Below are positions 59,475-64,000 of a stretch of DNA of 64,000 nt, one piece after another (within the stretch, counting starts at the first letter, position 1; each line of letters begins with the position of its first letter). The DNA lies in assembly GCA_963804995.1 (NCBI GenBank), contig CAWDSK010000005.1, positions 352,001-416,000 on the forward strand, written 5' to 3'. The DNA comes from an uncultured Acidobacteriota bacterium. Its GTDB lineage: Bacteria; Acidobacteriota; Terriglobia; UBA7540. Below the pieces are notes generated by a model that saw only the letters and a list, made by a program, of their open reading frames with translations, did not search any database and was not told where the DNA came from. The position numbers were made by a program, and so were the translations under genes.

Positions 59475-59863
59475 TTCCCGCTGAATGGCTTCCGCCGTTT
59501 TTTTTCCTGCTCCGCCGCTTCGGCCTCCTGGGGGAGGGGGCGCTGACGGCAGATTTTTTCGTTCACCTCCACGAAGGCCCGGCGCAGTTGTTGAAACCTG
59601 CGGAACTCGGCAATCTGTCGTTCCGCCTGGTGCCGGGCGGCAGGGCTGGGGAAGGTTTCGCTGACGGTCCGGCCCTGCACCTTGTAAGTGAGCCGGAAGT
59701 TAGGGCCGTGGCCGGGATGATGGGGCTGATGACAGTGACAGTTGGACTTGCCGCAGCGGGCGGTAATGCTGGTGATCGAACCACTGCGGAGGTCACCCAG
59801 TTGGGCGATCTGGCGGATCAACTCCGCCCGTTGGTTCTCCAGGACGTCAAGGGATTGGGGCAT
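59459..59863 (-). CDS. DUF6788-like upstream ORF of the ISKra4 element
   Basis: LRSGSI....CGKSNCHC...GHGP..LTYKVQGRTVS; ends EKKRR at an A8 run overlapping the transposase frame. Confidence 0.8.
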   Translation of the reverse strand: MPQSLDVLENQRAELIRQIAQLGDLRSGSITSITARCGKSNCHCHQPHHPGHGPNFRLTYKVQGRTVSETFPSPAARHQAERQIAEFRRFQQLRRAFVEVNEKICRQRPLPQEAEAAEQEKKRRKPFSGKWREK

Positions 59864-60103
59864 GTTAAGGCCTCCTCTATCCTAACGTATCATATACGTT
59901 AGGATATAAGCGACAAAAAAAGAGCCAGCCCAGAGCGTTACATTTATGTCGCGCACCCCCCTGGACTGGCTGGCTTGACTAAATCGCAGAGCTGCGGTCG
60001 GTTTGCGCCAGCCCGTCCCTTCTACAAAGAAATGAATCTTGAAATTTAGGGGAGAAGCTACCCTCTATGGCACTCAGAAGACGCTAATACATCACCCGTG
60101 CGT

Positions 60104-60535
60104 TCAGAATAAGCGACGTGCTTCCGACTGGTCCTTCCACAAGACCCAGCCAGCCCAAGCCAGACTTCCGGCCATTGTGGTTGCACCCACCCACCAGAGG
60201 TGGTCGCCGATCCAGCCCCGCCAGTGGGACCCAAGGAGTAATACCCCTAACGCTAGGACCCCCAGAGCGTTCCAACCCAACGCGTCCAGTAGTTCCGGCA
60301 CATCTTTCATCCAGCTCCGCTCCCGTGCCACGGCGCGCGAGATCTGCGGGCTCAATACGGACAGATTCAGTTCGGCGCGTAATTGCGCCGTCAAGGTTGC
60401 CTCTATTTCCGTAAGCACCTTCGCCCACGCGCGGCAGCCAGTACAACTGGCCAGGTGCTGACTTAATTCTCTCTGTTCGCCGGGCTCCAACCGTTCCCGC
60501 TCCAGAATCAATTCCTGCCAGTCTTCACACTTCAT
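60104..60535 (-). CDS. Zinc-finger (ZAS) anti-sigma factor with two TM helices
   Basis: MKCEDWQELI...HLASCTGCR (HxxxCxxC); ATGA overlap with the sigma stop. Confidence 0.85.
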   Translation of the reverse strand: MKCEDWQELILERERLEPGEQRELSQHLASCTGCRAWAKVLTEIEATLTAQLRAELNLSVLSPQISRAVARERSWMKDVPELLDALGWNALGVLALGVLLLGSHWRGWIGDHLWWVGATTMAGSLAWAGWVLWKDQSEARRLF

Positions 60536-61062
60536 GTCCCGCTCCTTGCTTTTTCCAGTGCCACAGCCTCCAGCCGCCTTTCGACGAGGGTGCGGCGGCC
60601 GCGGCATATCCAGGTCTTCACCGTGCCCATCGGGACTCCCAGTGCCGCCGCGACTTCCTTATAGGATCTCTCTTCCAGATAAAACAACGTCAACGCCTGG
60701 CGCTGCGATTCGGGAAGCTCGGCGAGCCAAGCCCGCACATCGGTTCGGGGTTCCCGCGTCGCCCTTTCCAATTCCCACGCCTGAGCTCTCTTCAAAATAT
60801 CCGGGTCGTCCAGGGACTCGGTCGTCGCGGTCTTCATTCTTTCGACTGCGGTGAGACAAGCATTGCGAGTGATCGCATAAACCCAGGTGGATAGCGAAGC
60901 CTCGCCTCGAAATGCGCCCAAGGCTCGCCAGATGCGCAGGAAGACTTCCTGTGCCGTCTCTTCCGCCCAGGCTCGATTCCCCAGCATGGCATAGCACAAT
61001 CGCAATACCTTACCCTCATACGCCTTCAGCAACTGCTCGAAGGTGCTGTCTCTAGACCCCAT
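60532..61062 (-). CDS. ECF RNA polymerase sigma factor
   Basis: AEETAQEVFLRIWR..FRGEASLSTWVYAITRN; region 4 LPESQRQALTLFYLEERSYKEVAAALGVPMGTVKTWICRGR. Confidence 0.95.
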   Translation of the reverse strand: MGSRDSTFEQLLKAYEGKVLRLCYAMLGNRAWAEETAQEVFLRIWRALGAFRGEASLSTWVYAITRNACLTAVERMKTATTESLDDPDILKRAQAWELERATREPRTDVRAWLAELPESQRQALTLFYLEERSYKEVAAALGVPMGTVKTWICRGRRTLVERRLEAVALEKARSGT

Positions 61063-61135
61063 GGACTTGCTTCCACGTCCGACGCGGCGGGCGATTCGCC
61101 GTTCTCTAAACTGGGCAGCATCATCCCACGTTTAG

Positions 61136-61255
61136 CAGGCTGTTGCAAAACCCTCACGGTGCGACGTAGCGGCGGGTTTACCCCGCCATATCGCCAACGA
61201 TTTCAACAGCGGATGGCGGGGTAAACCCGCCGCTACGTCGTTTTTCATCAGCCTG
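61136..61255. mobile_element. MITE with IS5-like ends and TTAG TSD enclosing a GTAG-REP doublet
   Basis: CAGGCTGTTGCAAAA / TTTTTCATCAGCCTG; TTAG at 61132-61135 and 61256-61259; internal GTAGCGGCGGGTTTACCCCGCCAT...ATGGCGGGGTAAACCCGCCGCTAC (61166-61236). Confidence 0.82.
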
Positions 61256-61330
61256 TTAGGTGGGTGGGTCTACAACCACGGGGGTCAGCCAACCGATTTC
61301 GCTGTTCCCCAGCGCGACACCCCCTCAGCC

Positions 61331-61404
61331 GTTTAGACTCGCTTCCTCGCCCCGATTGTTTCAAGTGGATGCTGAAACATTTGGCCCCGCATCCAGGTCT
61401 AAAC
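61331..61404. promoter_or_regulatory. Back-to-back ECF-type promoters
   Basis: Plus strand TGAAACA-N17-GTCTAAAC (61373-61404); minus strand TGAAACA-N18-GTCTAAAC (61363-61331). Confidence 0.65.
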
Positions 61405-61467
61405 GAAAGTAAGGAACTCACACGCTCGCTGGCAGACTGAAGGGTTGAGCGCCAGCCGGAGGAACTC

Positions 61468-61890
61468 ATGGGAGAAAATCTTGCCATCACCCTTATCATG
61501 TGGTCACCCGCGGTTATCGTCTTGATCGTGGTCGGTTTTCGCCATCTTGGTTACAGCCAGCGCCAACGCACCATTCGCCTGGCCTTGGAAAAGGGGGTGG
61601 ATCCCTCACCTCTCTTGGCCGAAGAGGCGGCGGAGCCTCTCCAGCCGCGTAAATATCTCCTGCGCGGCCTGCTCTGGGGGTTGCCCGGCCTCGTGATTGG
61701 AGGGGGAGTCTCCTGGTCGGCCATTCGACATGGCATGCCTCCCACTCTCTCGTGGGTGGGCTGGATACCGGCAGCAATCGGCGCCGCGTACCTGATCTTC
61801 TACCGATTGGACCGGGCGCAGAGTAGTGGCACTGGAGACTCTTCGCATCCTGCCTCTTCCTTAGTCCTACCCCCCCGCGCTGTGGAGTGA
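61468..61890 (+). CDS. Small membrane protein (DUF6249-like), divergent from the ECF sigma
   Basis: TM helix, RQRTIRLALEKGVD, YLLRGLLW plus two TM helices, GWIPAAIGAAYLIFY; RBS GGAGG. Confidence 0.75.
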   Translation: MGENLAITLIMWSPAVIVLIVVGFRHLGYSQRQRTIRLALEKGVDPSPLLAEEAAEPLQPRKYLLRGLLWGLPGLVIGGGVSWSAIRHGMPPTLSWVGWIPAAIGAAYLIFYRLDRAQSSGTGDSSHPASSLVLPPRAVE

Positions 61891-62103
61891 TTGCAGGCAT
61901 GGGCTGATTACGTTTCTTTTGGATTGGCAGGTAGGCGCAGCGCGAGCCCAGTCCTGCGATTCACGTCTCTCACCCCGCCCGCCGGTATTCCTATTACGCC
62001 GGTCTACAGAACAAGCTGCCGATTCTGTTATCGGAACGATTCGCCCGGCATGACGATGGCCCAGTAGTTCCTGGAACAATCGCGGGTGCCCCCACCGGCC
62101 GTT

Positions 62104-62167
62104 GTAGCGCGGGTGTCCCCACCCGCGTATTCTTAAGAATAATCGCGGGTGGGGACACCCACGCTAC
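62104..62167. repeat. GTAG-REP doublet
   Basis: GTAGCGCGGGTGTCCCCACCCGCG...CGCGGGTGGGGACACCCACGCTAC. Confidence 0.8.
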
Positions 62168-62294
62168 AGGAGATAAATCGCAGAGTGGCGCTTGCTCCGC
62201 GCCAGCCTGCCCGATATCGGACTCGCGTCGGAGAAGGCTACGAATTTTCGCGTAGCGCTCATGAACCGATAGCACAATCCCCAACCGACCCCCC

Positions 62295-62706
62295 GCCGTG
62301 ACGCACTCCCCCGCTTCGGTTATCGGTGGGTTGGTACCCGAACCTGAGCCCAAAAACCGACTGTCGTCTTGGCAGTCATCCGATCACTGGATCGGATGAT
62401 GCAAAAATTGACCGCCCCCACGCCGACCCGAGCCAGCCGTGACACACTACCCCATATCGGTAATCGGTGGGTTTGTACTCTAACATGAGCCTAAGAACGG
62501 GCCCCGTTTTGGTAGAGGTCCGATTACCCGATTACTTGCCCCCCTGACATACTTCCCCATATCGATTATCGGTAGGGTGACATTAGAGTATGAGCCCGAA
62601 ATTCGACTGCGGGTTCCACCGTCATCCAATCCCCTGACGATCCAATGAATCGATGACTCGATGAACCGATGGTCCGATCTCCCGATCACCCGATCTCCCC
62701 ATTCAC
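62295..62706. repeat. Three degenerate ~90-bp direct repeats followed by 8-nt tandem repeats
   Basis: Units start at 62295, 62436 and 62541 (TGAC.CACT.CCC..ATCGGT.ATCGGTGGGT...TGAGCC); nnnCGATS octamers at 62640-62706. Confidence 0.7.
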
Positions 62707-62815
62707 CTCAGCCGGTCGCAACAAACCCTTTGACGGAGTTGAGAACACCTTGTATTCTTGCCACACGTTCTGGGTGCTTGATTCCCAGCGAGACCAAACT
62801 CTGTGGTGACAACCC

Positions 62816-63856
62816 ATGCTGAAACGTACAAGTGCCATGCTGTGCTTTCTTGCGTTGCTCCTTCCTCTCCAAATTGGGAGGGCCGCCGATGATCTGTACG
62901 GCGAGAAAGGTATTACTCCTGAAGTCGTGCGCCAGGGGAGGCTCGGAAGTTGTTATTTTCATGCCGTCGTCGCCGCGCTGGCACAGTACCGGCAGGACGA
63001 GATTCGTAAGATGATCCAATCGAATGGCGACGGCAGTTATACGGTGACCTTCGGCGACACCAAGAAGGAAACCGCCTACCCGGAGGACCTCAAGTACACA
63101 CACAACGTCGGGTACGACCTTTCGCAAGGACAGTGGGTGGCGGTGCTGTTCCGGGCTTATGCGCAGCGAGTCCTTCGTCAGGCGTTGCTGCAGGCCGTCG
63201 ATACCAGCGATATCTTCCCGCTCATCAAGAAGCCCGCTGAGGAACTTGTGGCCTCCAACGACCAGTTGGTGCTGGCCTATGATCGCGCTATCCGCGCGGA
63301 AGTGGATCAATACGGTAACGTCGATCGCACCAAGCTGGAGGCGCGGCTGAAGACCCAGATGGCCCCCATCAGCGTGCCGGATTCGGTGAAAGACACGCTG
63401 ATTTCGATGCTCGAGTCGGGCGGCCTCTTCGACAAGATGGTGGAGATGATCAAGCAGAACGGTGAACTCTTCGGCGCCTATCGGGCCGTGGGTCAGGGGG
63501 GGATGGCCGACCGAGTCATGAGGACGCTGGGCGGTAGTTCGCGCTTTCAGGAAAATGAGTCGGAGAGCCAGGCCGCCACTTCATTGGCCGAGGCCGTCGG
63601 GAAACGCCTTCCCATTGTGGCCTGCACCGGGGGAAGCCGTTTCTACCAGCAGCTTGCTAAGGGGGGAGCTTTGCCTTCTGATACTGACGCTTGGTATGTC
63701 AATGCGCATTGCTACACGGTGCTCGGTTATGATTCCAACACCTCTACCGTCAACCTGCGTAATCCCTGGGCGCGTCATCCCGATCCTGATGGAATCCTCA
63801 ATTTGCCGGTCCAAACTTTCTTCCCGGCTTATGCCGGGATCGTAACCCCGGAATAG
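62816..63856 (+). CDS. Secreted calpain-like (C2/papain fold) cysteine protease
   Basis: Signal peptide; VRQGRLGSCYFHAVVAALA (Gln/Cys), NAHCYTVLGYD (His), LRNPW (Asn). Confidence 0.85.
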   Translation: MLKRTSAMLCFLALLLPLQIGRAADDLYGEKGITPEVVRQGRLGSCYFHAVVAALAQYRQDEIRKMIQSNGDGSYTVTFGDTKKETAYPEDLKYTHNVGYDLSQGQWVAVLFRAYAQRVLRQALLQAVDTSDIFPLIKKPAEELVASNDQLVLAYDRAIRAEVDQYGNVDRTKLEARLKTQMAPISVPDSVKDTLISMLESGGLFDKMVEMIKQNGELFGAYRAVGQGGMADRVMRTLGGSSRFQENESESQAATSLAEAVGKRLPIVACTGGSRFYQQLAKGGALPSDTDAWYVNAHCYTVLGYDSNTSTVNLRNPWARHPDPDGILNLPVQTFFPAYAGIVTPE

Positions 63857-64000
63857 GCCGCACCGAAGCCTGCCATTTCTTCTGACCCGCAGAGTTCCGC
63901 CGAGGTGCATCCCCAGGCCGCGCCGAAACTTGCCACTTTCTTTGATCAGCAAAGTTCCGCCGAGGCGCCCTGCCAGGTCGAGTCTATTCCGGACACGCAG

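Larger units (their letters stand above)
58122..59958 (-). mobile_element. ISKra4-family insertion sequence
   Basis: Imperfect TIRs GGGTGTGCGACAAATCTGT / ACATTTATGTCGCGCACCC; direct repeat CCCTGGACT at 58113-58121 and 59959-59967. Confidence 0.9.

Noticed and set aside
62295..62640. CRISPR array
   Set aside because: Units are long, strongly diverged and unevenly spaced, and there are no cas genes.
1..64000. tRNA, rRNA or riboswitch genes
   Set aside because: No cloverleaf, rRNA-like or recognisable aptamer sequence was seen by eye. A covariance-model scan would be needed to exclude them.

Overview
GC-rich chromosomal window, most likely from an Acidobacteriota (Terriglobia-like) genome. This is inferred from a PadR plus tandem duplicated ABC-permease (ADOP) locus, an Oar-type TonB-dependent receptor and many Tat-exported carbohydrate enzymes. 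Several genes carry single-base frameshifts that look like long-read assembly errors. Core content: (i) a Rieske/split cytochrome b/heptaheme cytochrome c operon headed by a GltD/NfnB-like FAD-FeS oxidoreductase (4635-10542); (ii) two paralogous spermidine-dehydrogenase-like flavoproteins flanking toxin-antitoxin remnants and padR-ADOP-ADOP; (iii) glycoside hydrolases (GH30, GH10, GH36, BNR); (iv) an hdrCBA-flxDC-flxB-flxA electron-bifurcation operon (38345-47214); (v) an ECF sigma/anti-sigma locus and a calpain-like protease. The most striking layer is a set of mobile elements that use REP-like palindromes as targets or cargo. A complete group II intron (1684-3596) sits exactly inside one of six copies of a ~150-bp REP-doublet element. 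A two-gene IS (winged-helix protein plus IS701/IS4-type DDE transposase, 41730-43559) has duplicated an entire 23-nt REP hairpin as its target duplication. Three MITEs with TIRs and TSDs each enclose a palindromic doublet. An ISKra4-family element with a probable -1 frameshift is also present. I found no rRNA, tRNA or CRISPR array. All family assignments come from motif recognition by eye, not from database searches.
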